Shown: positions 36,074-44,690 of the stretch, piece by piece
Position numbering within the stretch: the stretch's first letter is position 1
Layout: each line of letters begins with the position of its first letter
Source of the DNA: an uncultured Thiotrichales bacterium
Lineage (GTDB): Bacteria; Pseudomonadota; Gammaproteobacteria; UBA4575
DNA length: 64,000 nt
Assembly: GCA_964486815.1 (NCBI GenBank)
Contig: CAZAOO010000014.1
Location: 16,041-80,040 of the forward strand
Direction: 5' to 3'
Notes under the pieces: generated by a model
What the model saw: the letters and a program-made list of their open reading frames with translations, nothing else
Told to the model about the DNA's origin: nothing
Databases searched by the model: none
Program-made: the position numbers and the translations under genes

Positions 36074-37423
36074 CTAACCTAGTAACTTAGAAATCGTAAC
36101 TCTATGTTTACCAGAGTTCGTCATGGGTATATCAGGCATTATATTAATTTGTATATCAATAGAATCACCAAGCGCTTTAGACAGATTATCTAATATAATA
36201 TGTTGCTGTTGTGAACCGTATTCGCTATTGACAACTAAATTTATGTTTAATATTTTTAATTCTTCTTGGATCACTTGGAACTTTTCAATACTAGTGTAAT
36301 CCTTGAAAAAATGAGGAAAATACTCACCTGGAAGAAGCTTGCCATCTACGGTCTGTATGCAATCCAATACTCTGCCTTCTACTTTTTTTATTAATGGCAA
36401 CCCTCGGCCGCAATCACACAAGCTGCTGTCCAGATTTACCATATCTTCATTCTTATATCTAATGAAAGGCATTCCATAATTATGTAGATCAGTAACTATT
36501 AGATCACCCACCTCATCAGTCACAGAAATCCCATCACGATTTATTGACTCAACAACCAAATGATCGATATTAATGTGTAATCCATTTTTATGTTTACATT
36601 CAGACGCAATTAGCATCACCTCACGGCAACCAAATGTGTTAAACACATCACACCTAAAAGCCTCCTCCATTTCATTACGTTGATACTCATGAAGTGGCTC
36701 AGCTCCAGTGATTATTGATTCTGGAAAGTGTGATAATTTCCCATTCTCAGAAACCCACTTTGCCAATAAATACAAAGGATTAACGTAGGATACAATTACT
36801 GCAGGCTTTTTTTTGTTAATATCCTCAATAAACTCAGCCATATTTTCTTTATTCAAATTGAAACATGAAAGAATACTTCGGTTATATAATTTGTTATACA
36901 ATGTTTCTTTTAGTTTCAGATACATTGATTCTGTATTTAGATTCGTCCCCCATATATACATTGAATTTTTACCAGGCGGCAATCCTGCCCATGCATATCC
37001 TCTCCACATAACTGCATTACGTCTACTATAACTTTCTTTTGTATAGGCAAATTTTAGAGGTACTCCTGTAGAACCTCCTGTGGATTTTTCTAATATAGAA
37101 TCTTTATACGGTATTGCTATCAAATCTTTATAATTTTCTTTAATTATTTTTTTAGTAAGAAATGGTAATACTTGTATATCATCCACTGATTTTATATCAT
37201 TCGGTGTAAAGCCTATTTGTTTCCATGTTGACATATAATAAGGAACATTTTTTTCAGCATACGCCAATAACTCTTTTAATTTCTTTAGCTGTAGATCTTT
37301 AAGTTTATTAACATCCCACCATTGCTGTTTTTCATACTCGCGCAAGTAACCACATGTAGCCCTACCATTTAATCCTTTTTCAAGAACTGGGAATATAAAA
37401 TTCCTAAATACTTTTTCATACAT
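36074..37423 (-). CDS. Phenylacetate-CoA ligase / CapK-like adenylate-forming enzyme
   Basis: KSTGGSTGVPLKF adenylate-forming motif, with a size and layout typical of CapK/F390-synthetase-like proteins in capsule loci. Confidence 0.7.
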   Translation of the reverse strand: MYEKVFRNFIFPVLEKGLNGRATCGYLREYEKQQWWDVNKLKDLQLKKLKELLAYAEKNVPYYMSTWKQIGFTPNDIKSVDDIQVLPFLTKKIIKENYKDLIAIPYKDSILEKSTGGSTGVPLKFAYTKESYSRRNAVMWRGYAWAGLPPGKNSMYIWGTNLNTESMYLKLKETLYNKLYNRSILSCFNLNKENMAEFIEDINKKKPAVIVSYVNPLYLLAKWVSENGKLSHFPESIITGAEPLHEYQRNEMEEAFRCDVFNTFGCREVMLIASECKHKNGLHINIDHLVVESINRDGISVTDEVGDLIVTDLHNYGMPFIRYKNEDMVNLDSSLCDCGRGLPLIKKVEGRVLDCIQTVDGKLLPGEYFPHFFKDYTSIEKFQVIQEELKILNINLVVNSEYGSQQQHIILDNLSKALGDSIDIQINIMPDIPMTNSGKHRVTISKLLG

Positions 37424-37450
37424 TGATCAGTGATCTCTAATTATTTTGAT

Positions 37451-38722
37451 CTACCAGAAAACCTTAATAGAAATCCAAATCAAGATGATACTCAAGACTG
37501 AAATAAAGACTGTTGGTTTGAATGATTCCCCAAAACGTGGAAATGCATAACTTATTGGCTCTTTGCCAATCATTGCAAATATGCCAGCAGACATACCACA
37601 CATTAGAAATAGCAATGGCTGTGTACTTCTTGAAATGAATAAAGCGCACACAGCATAAGCAATTAATGAATACAAAACTGCTGTAGCTAATTTCTTATGA
37701 GCAAATAATACTTCTGAAGTGTTCTTATTTTTTTGTCCAGAAACAATATTAGGCTGAAACCTATAGACAAACTTATATAAAAAATAAATAGGCACAGCAA
37801 ACATACCGATCCAAAAGAAATATCCGATTAGACCTATCTCCGCAAACGTTTGCACATAAGAACTGTGCGCCACAAGGTGATGGTGATCTGTAAACAAGTC
37901 GTGTCCTACACCAAACAATGGGTCAGACCTGAGCATAAAAAACCCTTCAGCCCAAGCATCAAGCCTACCTCTTGCCGACTCATCATCTGAACTAATCGTT
38001 GATAAACGTGTTACGGCGTATGCTACTGGTATAGCTATCGATCCTAACGTGATAACAACAACACGACTATATTTATGCCAACCATAAAATCCCATCAACA
38101 CAAACAGACCTAGCAATGTCCCTCTAGAATTAGTCAGATATATCCCATAAAGCAGTACTGAAATTGCAAGCAACCAAAGTAGTTTTATTAATATAGAGCT
38201 ACTCTTGCTTAAAAAATAAAAATAAAATGGTATAGCGATTAAAAAAAGCATGCCCAAATCATTTGGATCAGCAAAAACACCTATGTAACGTATACGTGTA
38301 TCTTGGATTAATGGTATCCCTGTCCAGCCCACTCCATTATTAAATTGATCAATGCCATGCAACGCCATTACGAATGCACAAATAGATATAAATTTCATAT
38401 AGAACTCTAAACGAGATTTATCCGCAAATAATGCAGCTGACACTAGAAATAAGATCACCACCTTATATAGAGCATTAGCGGTATCAATCGTCCCCCACAA
38501 ATATCCGAAAGAAATATGAGAAAGAAGTGCCCAAACAAAAAACCCAATCAAATAAGGTAGAACAATTGTTTTTAAATTTTTTTCTTGTATGAAAATGTAT
38601 AACAAAAAACATATAGCAAGCAGTATAGAAAGGATACTTGTATCTGCTGTTTCTGGCCTATATTCATGCAGTCTTAAAAAATAAAAAGACAGATATGTTA
38701 CAAAGAAAAATGAAACTAACAT
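37451..38722 (-). CDS. O-antigen ligase / Wzy-like polymerase family membrane protein
   Basis: About 10 TM helices and the Wzy_C-type loop LTNSRGTLLGLFVLMGF. Its position matches the exosortase-associated putative O-glycosylation ligase family (memory only). Confidence 0.7.
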   Translation of the reverse strand: MLVSFFFVTYLSFYFLRLHEYRPETADTSILSILLAICFLLYIFIQEKNLKTIVLPYLIGFFVWALLSHISFGYLWGTIDTANALYKVVILFLVSAALFADKSRLEFYMKFISICAFVMALHGIDQFNNGVGWTGIPLIQDTRIRYIGVFADPNDLGMLFLIAIPFYFYFLSKSSSILIKLLWLLAISVLLYGIYLTNSRGTLLGLFVLMGFYGWHKYSRVVVITLGSIAIPVAYAVTRLSTISSDDESARGRLDAWAEGFFMLRSDPLFGVGHDLFTDHHHLVAHSSYVQTFAEIGLIGYFFWIGMFAVPIYFLYKFVYRFQPNIVSGQKNKNTSEVLFAHKKLATAVLYSLIAYAVCALFISRSTQPLLFLMCGMSAGIFAMIGKEPISYAFPRFGESFKPTVFISVLSIILIWISIKVFW

Positions 38723-38737
38723 TGCAATCTATCGTAA

Positions 38738-39913
38738 TTATTTCTTTGCTAAATATTTACGCAAATTATTGCGCAAAGAAACAATGATCCCATATAAAGA
38801 TTTATTGTAAATAGTGATATTTTTCATTCTTGTTTTCACAGTTCCATAATTACTTTTATATGAAATTGGTTCGCCCATCATGAAATCATAAAAACAATAG
38901 CCGCGATTAATAGCTGACTCAATGCATTCAGAATGCGCAAATATACCTGGCGATAATTTTGAGTACTGGTTCATATTAAACGCAGATTGGTAATAATAAA
39001 TGGTAGATTTAATTTTATAATTGTACAGAATTGCTAATATATCCTCGTTAACTCTAGTAACTACCAGCTCTAGCATATTCTTTTTATGATATATTTCAGC
39101 AATTCTCAGATGAAACTCACGAAATTCCAGGCTTGCGAATGCTCCCGGCTTGCCTTTTAGACTCCAACTCTCATTGTGATACTTAGCCAATAGCTCCATA
39201 ACCGGAGCAAGCTGATCATTACTGATTACGCGTGAAGAATGTAAATTTGACATGCCAAAAACCAGTTGCCGAGATTTTTTTATTGCACGTCGCATAGAGC
39301 TTTTCAGCGACGATTCAAGATAATGATCCCATGTATTTGGCAGATTAATTAAATACCTATAACCAGAAACTATTTCTTGTCTGAAAAGATTTTTCGAACC
39401 TGATTTAACTGAGAATACTCTACCAATATGCGAATTATCAATTATCCTAAAAAGCTTTATAGCATCCCACTTCAGAAACTCATTAGAATAGAAGCTGTTA
39501 ATTAATTTTAGTGCACGCTCAACATAGTCATCCAATAAAATTATATCTAAATATTCTGAACAAATTTCTTTCTCCTCAGGCTCGCCCGTTCCAAGAAAAT
39601 ATAAACATTTATATACAATAAACGAGCGATGAACCCTAAGGTACATCGGCAATATACCAACTACTAACTCCCCATCAGATATTACTAATATATTTAAATT
39701 AGTTTCGTCAGTTTTATAGACCTCCCACCAAGTATACATCCACTCCCACGTAAGGAATGGTGGATACTCATCATATTGATCTAGAATGTATTGCCAATTC
39801 GTCTGGAGTGAAATAAATTCTTCGAGCGTCTCTACTACTCTAAGTGAGAGGCTATTACTTGTCTCGACAATATCAAAATCCTCAACATTAAAAATTAGTG
39901 TAGGTAACACCAA
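38738..39913 (-). CDS. FemAB/CelD-like GNAT-fold acyltransferase (PEP-CTERM-locus FemAB family candidate)
   Basis: PPFLTWEWMYTWWEVY and GPGAFASLEFREF-type motifs, as in BioF2/CelD-like acetyltransferases. The start is TTG 39913 or GTG 39910, overlapping the upstream gene end by about 26 nt. Confidence 0.6.
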   Translation of the reverse strand: MVLPTLIFNVEDFDIVETSNSLSLRVVETLEEFISLQTNWQYILDQYDEYPPFLTWEWMYTWWEVYKTDETNLNILVISDGELVVGILPMYLRVHRSFIVYKCLYFLGTGEPEEKEICSEYLDIILLDDYVERALKLINSFYSNEFLKWDAIKLFRIIDNSHIGRVFSVKSGSKNLFRQEIVSGYRYLINLPNTWDHYLESSLKSSMRRAIKKSRQLVFGMSNLHSSRVISNDQLAPVMELLAKYHNESWSLKGKPGAFASLEFREFHLRIAEIYHKKNMLELVVTRVNEDILAILYNYKIKSTIYYYQSAFNMNQYSKLSPGIFAHSECIESAINRGYCFYDFMMGEPISYKSNYGTVKTRMKNITIYNKSLYGIIVSLRNNLRKYLAKK

Positions 39914-41297
39914 CTCTTAGTTCAATTGAATCAAAATCAGCATTTGACAGATTGCTTTGCCTGTCTTGATATTCGGCAGTCGACTCAAATCTTAAATTTT
40001 GCCGAGCAAAATAAGTACCTCTAAGTCCAAGTAAAAAGTCCTCATCCTCTCTACCATCTAGATCAAAATCAGTTTCTCTATAAGCTGACGAGAGGCCTAG
40101 TTCACTGGTACTACCAACCGGCATGGTTAACGATATATTTAGACCTTGTGTTTCCCGATCATTTCTATCAACAATATCGTGATCTGCATCATTTTGATAT
40201 AAAGAAAAACTAGTACCCAGCTGGGCAAAAGACTTAGTATAGTTAAAAGAAAAACCGGTACTTTCTACAGTGTCACCGGTAAAATCAGTATCTACATCAC
40301 CTATTGAGCTACCTTCAAAGCCTGTTACGCCTGAGCCCCCAAAACCACCAAACCCACCAAACCCACCACCCGCTAAGCCTGGGATGCCACCAAGACCACT
40401 GCCAGCCGCCTCGGTTGTTGTGTCTGTAATCGTGTCATAACCAGAAAGTGACACTGAAGATGTAGAATTAATTGTGTACGCAACAGTTAATGAATTATTG
40501 GCCCCATCAGAATTTCTATTTGGCCCGTCATCACGATTAACCTCGCTGTAGCCTAGCTGTGCAGATATATCTAATGAAGGTCTGAGCAAGTTATATGCTA
40601 AAAAATAATTCTCGCGATCAAAGTCGATATTCCCTTGCTGCAGCAGAGGATTGAGATTAACTTCATCGTCATCAAAATCGGTATCTTCATATGAATAATT
40701 TAGAGATATACTGCTTGAAGGCGTAAGTTGGCGTTCGATACCTACAAGCCCTTGCAATCGATCATTATCAATATCCGATTCTTCCGCATCCGTCCTTATA
40801 AATCTACCATCCAAAATCAAGCTGGTATTGTTGAGAATTTGAGGTGTGAAAGTTGGGCCCGTTGAAAATGAATTGATATCCTGCGTATTTTGCTCGTTTG
40901 GGTTATCTCTTATATCGATAGGAAACTCACTATTAAAATGGTCCTCAAATCGCCACTCAAATAAACCTGGCGCTATTTTCCAATTGATTACCGCATCAAG
41001 ATCAAAATTATTACTACTTCCAATCACACCATTTGATCGACCTCTGTATTCATTCCTTGCACCAATCTCAGCATCTAAATGTGCACCCTGCCTTGTTGCA
41101 TTAATAGAAGCACTGGGTTCAAGAGTAACATCACTATCCTCACCCGTATCACTGCGACCTAGATTATCGGTATATTCTGCAAACAGCGCTACTTCCCAAT
41201 TTACTAACCAATTAGCCTTGGCCATACCTGGTGAAGAAAATAAAATAAGTGAAATAGATGAAATAACAATTTTCGAGAAAAAACAACTTTGGTGCAT
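39888..41297 (-). CDS. Outer-membrane beta-barrel protein of the EPS export machinery (EpsL / PEP-CTERM-associated OMP-like)
   Basis: Signal peptide ISSISLILFSSPGMA-KA. Alternating amphipathic strands run throughout, and the terminal VGVTYTNF ends in an aromatic residue (OMP signature). An internal Gly-Phe tract reads GGGFGGFGGFGGSG. Confidence 0.7.
   Translation of the reverse strand: MHQSCFFSKIVISSISLILFSSPGMAKANWLVNWEVALFAEYTDNLGRSDTGEDSDVTLEPSASINATRQGAHLDAEIGARNEYRGRSNGVIGSSNNFDLDAVINWKIAPGLFEWRFEDHFNSEFPIDIRDNPNEQNTQDINSFSTGPTFTPQILNNTSLILDGRFIRTDAEESDIDNDRLQGLVGIERQLTPSSSISLNYSYEDTDFDDDEVNLNPLLQQGNIDFDRENYFLAYNLLRPSLDISAQLGYSEVNRDDGPNRNSDGANNSLTVAYTINSTSSVSLSGYDTITDTTTEAAGSGLGGIPGLAGGGFGGFGGFGGSGVTGFEGSSIGDVDTDFTGDTVESTGFSFNYTKSFAQLGTSFSLYQNDADHDIVDRNDRETQGLNISLTMPVGSTSELGLSSAYRETDFDLDGREDEDFLLGLRGTYFARQNLRFESTAEYQDRQSNLSNADFDSIELRVGVTYTNF
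40342..40368 (-). repeat. 9-bp tandem repeat x3 encoding the (GGF)n tract in the OMP gene
   Basis: Plus-strand units are aaaccacca / aacccacca / aacccacca. The repeat is in frame (3 codons per unit). Confidence 0.85.
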
Positions 41298-41373
41298 AAG
41301 TATGGTGAACCTTAATTATTGAGATTTTAACTACACAAAAAGACGTAACCAGGCCGCTACCTAAGCCACTATC

Positions 41374-42156
41374 TTAGAGTTTATTATTATAAATGATCCC
41401 TAAAAACTTACTAGGGTTAAATCCATTCACCGCAATTTGAAGTTCTTCTTGTGACACTGAATCATGCCTTACAACCAATGCAGAATGATCTGCAATAAGA
41501 TCTAATATCTTAGCATCTGCAGAGCTCTGAACATCGGTCACATCTAGAATAATATATCGATCTGGATATTTATTCTTTAGTTCATAAATTAGCTCGCCCA
41601 ACTTTGACGATGTAGTAAAACTATCAATCTCACTCAAATTACTATTCTTACAAGGAATGACTCGCAGCTTATTTACGTTGACCCGGTAAATTATTTCTTC
41701 GACCGGTACATCGCTAGTTAAATAATCTGTCAAATCCTTGTTGATTTTCAACCCCAAACTACTCGCCAGGGTGGGATTACGAAAACTACAGTCAATAAGT
41801 AGTGCACTTTTAGTGGTGTCTTGAGAAAAACTTGCTGCCAAGTTTAGTGCTACAAACGAATTTCCCGAGCCAGGCATACAAGAACTTACCGCAAGCACAA
41901 AATTTTTACCTCCGGTAGCCTTAACCAGTTCGGTACGTAATTCTCTAAACGCATTGGTTGTAAGACTATCTGTTGCAATTCCTAATTTAAGTAGTTCATC
42001 CGCACCAAGTTGACCTGACTCCATCATCTTGTCTAAGTTATGCCTACTTTTTAGAACATTCCTTTTATTTCTTACCCTCTGATTAACTGCTTTATTCAAA
42101 CCTTCTGAATCCTCATTAGGCTCAGCTTTTTTTAATGCACGTTCTATTAAACTCAT
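41374..42156 (-). CDS. BY-kinase-like P-loop ATPase domain protein with degenerate catalytic motifs
   Basis: It is colinear with Wzc/EpsB-type kinase domains. However, Walker A reads PGSGNS (usual EGK[ST]), Walker A' reads IDCSFRNP (usual DxDLRRP) and Walker B reads ILDVTD. There is no C-terminal tyrosine cluster (the protein ends FLGIIYNNKL). Confidence 0.7.
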   Translation of the reverse strand: MSLIERALKKAEPNEDSEGLNKAVNQRVRNKRNVLKSRHNLDKMMESGQLGADELLKLGIATDSLTTNAFRELRTELVKATGGKNFVLAVSSCMPGSGNSFVALNLAASFSQDTTKSALLIDCSFRNPTLASSLGLKINKDLTDYLTSDVPVEEIIYRVNVNKLRVIPCKNSNLSEIDSFTTSSKLGELIYELKNKYPDRYIILDVTDVQSSADAKILDLIADHSALVVRHDSVSQEELQIAVNGFNPSKFLGIIYNNKL

Positions 42157-42182
42157 AGCAATAATTCCTAATTAAACCCTTT

Positions 42183-43757
42183 TTAAGACAATGGCATTGA
42201 TACGCCAAGCTCTCCCAGTTTAAAGATAACAGCAAATATATACGCATTTGCCACTAACACAAGACAGGCAATCATGGTAAAAAATGCTGAACGGGTGGGT
42301 ATTTTTGGTGACTTCGGCATTGAAGCTCTTGGCACTTCGCCCAAAAGTCGAACATCCATATGTTTGATGATTTGAGATTTATGACGCACATTTGTACCTA
42401 ATTGAAATAAAGCAAACAAAGCAACCAAGGGGGCACCAAAACCTACTACGGGTCCTGCTGCAGCAACTTGCGCAAAACGAATTCCTGTCGCCTCAAGTGG
42501 CAACAAGGCTGGTTCTTGAATTCCAAATCGTTGCGCACTTTGTTCTATATCAATATTCATTGATACTCGTGCATTTTCTCTTCTTTTAACCAGGTCTTCA
42601 TATACTCCATTGGTTACTTCATAATCCCGTGTTAACTCTGCAAGTTCTGCCTCAGCTTCAGGAAGCTTTTTAGCTCGCTCTAACTCCAATTCTAATAATC
42701 GACGTGACTGTGAAAGTCTTGTGCCAAGTGCAGCAATATTGGTTCTAGTTTGAACCAACTGATCACGCAATGCGCCGAATACCGTATTCAAACCACCCCC
42801 TCCAAGCGCTACCGCATCACTTGAAAAGGCTTCACCTCCGCCCGTTCCACTATTTAGCATTTCTCGCAAATCCACCAACTGATTTTTGAGTCTAACAATG
42901 TCAGGATATGTATCATGATAATCAAGACGCAGTGTTGCTAACTGTTGCTCTAAAGCTGAGATTCGAGCATGTAAGCCGCTATTTCGATGCACAGAGCTAT
43001 CCACTTGCTTTTCACCGGCAAGCTGACTTTGAAGTGAACGCTCTCTAATCCTCTCTTCCTGGGTTTGTAAACTTAATTCTTCAATTTGGCCTCTCAACGC
43101 ATTGATGCGAGCAAAAACAGCACCTTCGTTACCAATCTGATTTCCCATATTCTTAGTTTTGTATACTTTAAGCTTTTGTTCAGCTAATAATAATTTTTGG
43201 TGGTAATCATTTACTTGACTATCAACAAACTCATATGCAGCACGACTTTCGGTTTGCTTATCTTCTAAACTTTGTTCAATAAATAATTCACCTAATAACT
43301 TCGCTGTTCTAAACGCTCTTAGTGCATCAGAGTCTTCCACAGAAATTCTCACAAGATTTGGGCCAGCAGAGCTTACATCAATATTTTCAATTAAATCTGA
43401 AATTGCCCTTGCCCTATCAACATCTGTAGCATCATCATTCACCCATCCTGAATTAATAATGACTGGCTGCATAATCTCTGCACCAAATAACATTTCTCTA
43501 TAAAGAGCGATTTTTTCATTCGCCCTACCACCCGTTGTAGTTGTTACGGCAGTCCCTTTCATCAACGGTGATAAAATACCTTCTTTATCTGCCAATATAG
43601 TTGTATAAGAGGTATAAGTTTTAGGCAGCATGAAAGCTACAGCAAGCACTGCAATGCTTATAATTGCAAATCCAATACTCAACCATGCAAGTTTACTTTT
43701 AACATAGTCAACAAACAGCTTTACAATTTGAAGTGGTGGCAACTCAAAAATATTCAT
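42183..43757 (-). CDS. Polysaccharide chain-length determinant (Wzz/GumC-like; PEP-CTERM locus type)
   Basis: The N-terminal TM helix is followed by LPKTYTSYTTIL (Wzz motif region). A long coiled-coil periplasmic region and a C-terminal TM helix complete the layout. Confidence 0.8.
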   Translation of the reverse strand: MNIFELPPLQIVKLFVDYVKSKLAWLSIGFAIISIAVLAVAFMLPKTYTSYTTILADKEGILSPLMKGTAVTTTTGGRANEKIALYREMLFGAEIMQPVIINSGWVNDDATDVDRARAISDLIENIDVSSAGPNLVRISVEDSDALRAFRTAKLLGELFIEQSLEDKQTESRAAYEFVDSQVNDYHQKLLLAEQKLKVYKTKNMGNQIGNEGAVFARINALRGQIEELSLQTQEERIRERSLQSQLAGEKQVDSSVHRNSGLHARISALEQQLATLRLDYHDTYPDIVRLKNQLVDLREMLNSGTGGGEAFSSDAVALGGGGLNTVFGALRDQLVQTRTNIAALGTRLSQSRRLLELELERAKKLPEAEAELAELTRDYEVTNGVYEDLVKRRENARVSMNIDIEQSAQRFGIQEPALLPLEATGIRFAQVAAAGPVVGFGAPLVALFALFQLGTNVRHKSQIIKHMDVRLLGEVPRASMPKSPKIPTRSAFFTMIACLVLVANAYIFAVIFKLGELGVSMPLS

Positions 43758-43801
43758 AATAATTAGAGGTTCTTAATGTGTTACAAAAAAATATAAAAAA
43801 T

Positions 43802-44422
43802 TTAAAAGAAGCGTTCAGGTACAGAAATTATATCTCCAGGGAATAAAACATAATTCTCTTCAACCTTTCCCCTAACGAGCATATCTTCTAATCTCAATCT
43901 TACAGATACAGTCTTACCATCTTGCTTACGGAGTAATACTGAACGATTACCCGCAGCAAATTCACCCAGACCACCGGCCTCGAGCACAGCATCAATAACG
44001 GTCATGCCTTCCCTATAAGGTAAAGAAACGGGACCACCGACCGCTCCGGTTACACGTACTCGCCGCAAATATTCTTTACTTTGCAACGAAGTCATTGTTA
44101 CGGTAACGCTTGGATCTCGTATATCCGCTTTAAGACCCTCGGTAATATTAGCAGCAACTTCCTCAGCTGTTTTACCTGCCACCTCAACATCACCTAATAA
44201 TGGCATTGTAATACGACCATCAGGTCGCACTGGAACTGATACAGACAATTGCTCATTTCCCCAAACATGAACCTGAACTACGTCATCAACGCCTATTTGA
44301 TATTCTTCCGTGACTGTGGAATTTAGTGATTCATCTAATAAACCATCAGGCGGCACAGTGCCTGCACATGCAAACAACATAGAAACTAATGCTAGTCCAA
44401 GCAAAATTCTTGATATTTTCAT
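43802..44422 (-). CDS. Polysaccharide export lipoprotein (Wza-like periplasmic domain)
   Basis: Lipobox MLFAC. YQIGVDDVVQVHVWGNEQLS and VRPDGRITMPLLGDVEVAGKTAEEV are Poly_export motifs. A SLBB-like C-terminus is present. Confidence 0.85.
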   Translation of the reverse strand: MKISRILLGLALVSMLFACAGTVPPDGLLDESLNSTVTEEYQIGVDDVVQVHVWGNEQLSVSVPVRPDGRITMPLLGDVEVAGKTAEEVAANITEGLKADIRDPSVTVTMTSLQSKEYLRRVRVTGAVGGPVSLPYREGMTVIDAVLEAGGLGEFAAGNRSVLLRKQDGKTVSVRLRLEDMLVRGKVEENYVLFPGDIISVPERFF

Positions 44423-44491
44423 AACTATTCTTGAGTAGTTGAAATAAGTAAATATTGTAGGGCAAATTGTATGTAAATTTTAAGCCCACAC

Positions 44492-44507
44492 AGTGAGTAA
44501 TCTCGCA
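44492..44507. promoter_or_regulatory. Weak CRP-type site aGTGA-GTAATC-TCgCA (8/10) upstream of the export operon segment
   Basis: cacAGTGAgtaatcTCGCAtta, centred about 77 bp upstream of the exporter start codon (44422). Confidence 0.25.
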
Positions 44508-44540
44508 TTATTGGAAGTTACTACATTTTTTTAAGGATAA

Positions 44541-44580
44541 ACCTAGTAATTCCCTAGTAAATATAAGGTAATTACTAGGT
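44541..44580. promoter_or_regulatory. 11-bp inverted repeat acctagtaatt / aattactaggt, with a third CTAGTAA copy in the 18-bp spacer
   Basis: Arms at 44541-44551 and 44570-44580 are exact reverse complements. The spacer ccctagtaaatataaggt contains another ctagtaa. It lies in the 268-bp gap between the TPR and exporter genes. Confidence 0.4.
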
Positions 44581-44690
44581 AAAACAACCATTTAATACTA
44601 TTGAATTACCCCTTGTGGCGCACTTTTTCACTTAAAAAGAATGAAAGTAGGCCTATACTTGCATACCAAAGCTAGTATTAACTTGGAATC

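Noticed and set aside
40846-41322. 158-aa plus-strand ORF overlapping the 5' part of the outer-membrane barrel gene
   Set aside because: It is antisense to a gene with a clear signal peptide and OMP C-terminal signature. Its product has no recognisable motifs and it has no SD. It is probably a chance open frame.
44351-44366. Sigma-54-like element cGGCACagtgccTGCa (GG-N10-GC)
   Set aside because: It lies inside the exporter coding sequence, on the strand antisense to the operon. It is part of a short palindrome (ggcacagtgcc) and lacks the TTGC -12 consensus. I found no TGGCAC-N5-TTGC in any promoter gap, although PEP-CTERM loci are often sigma-54 controlled.
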